Positions 24,837 through 25,239 of a stretch of 25,239 nucleotides of DNA are shown piece by piece; the first letter of the stretch is position 1, and each line of letters begins with the position of its first letter. The stretch is from an uncultured archaeon. GTDB taxonomy: Archaea > Asgardarchaeota > Lokiarchaeia > Sigyniarchaeales > SOKP01. Made by a program: the position numbers and the translations under genes. The stretch is taken from NCBI GenBank assembly GCA_964493715.1, contig CAZBPC010000047.1, positions 1 to 25,239 of the forward strand. Reading direction: 5' to 3'. The notes under the pieces were generated by a model. The model had not been told where the DNA came from, searched no databases, and worked only from the letters and a program-made list of their open reading frames with translations.

Positions 24837-25100
24837 ATGAATCCTATTGGAAGCAAGATTAAAGTCATTTCCATAAGCAAATTTAATTTTGAACAAGGAA
24901 GTGAATATTATAATTGAACGGTAACCCCATTGCAAGATGCTTGCTTAACCATTTTTCCAACTGGATTCGGTGATAGATTGAACATGAGTCATCACATAGA
25001 CTACATTTTTCTGTTTAGTGATATCACCGTTTTAGATGCACACTTTGATGTTAATCCACAATCAGATCATCCTGCCCATTGAGCTGAGATACAATGGTAA
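24837..25100 (+). pseudogene. C-terminal remnant of an endonuclease/exonuclease/phosphatase (EEP) family gene
   Basis: Hand translation MNPIGSKIKVISISKFNFEQGSEYYN*TVTPLQDA...HIDYIF...QSDHPAH*AEIQW*. The IDYIF and SDH motifs are retained, GDFN has decayed to SKFN, and there are in-frame TGA codons at 24915 and 25080. Confidence 0.78.
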
Positions 25101-25239
25101 TTTTTTTTTTATTTTTTTTTACTATAAAACTATTTATAACTTTAGGATGAATTTCTAAAATAACAAATTATTATAAAATTGATTTTTATGGAAATAAATG
25201 TAAAAAAATTAAGGAACGATTTTAAAGAGGATCATCGTA

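Noticed and set aside
1-25239. CRISPR array, rRNA, prophage or defence island
   Set aside because: No regularly spaced repeats, rRNA-like GC-rich tracts, or phage, cas or transposase genes were seen.

Overview
AT-rich archaeal chromosomal window that most likely comes from an Asgard archaeon (Lokiarchaeia-like). This is inferred from three Ras-superfamily GTPases (two fused to longin/roadblock-like domains), a UPF0147 gene, an archaeosortase and a solo MtrH. It holds about 23 credible CDSs (one cut by the window edge), one tRNA-Pro(CGG), three decayed gene remnants and one candidate structured small RNA. No CRISPR array or transposase is visible. The most notable signal is a pair of genes (1703..3205 and 11225..12280) sharing a homologous N-terminal longin/uDENN-like domain. 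One copy is fused to a Rag/Arf-like GTPase plus a roadblock-like domain and the other to a Rab-like GTPase. Only the Rab-fused copy carries a D-x-x-x-R-G loop resembling the arginine-finger loop of the eukaryotic longin GAPs (FLCN, SMCR8, NPRL2). All family assignments are by eye and from recalled motifs; no database searches were run.
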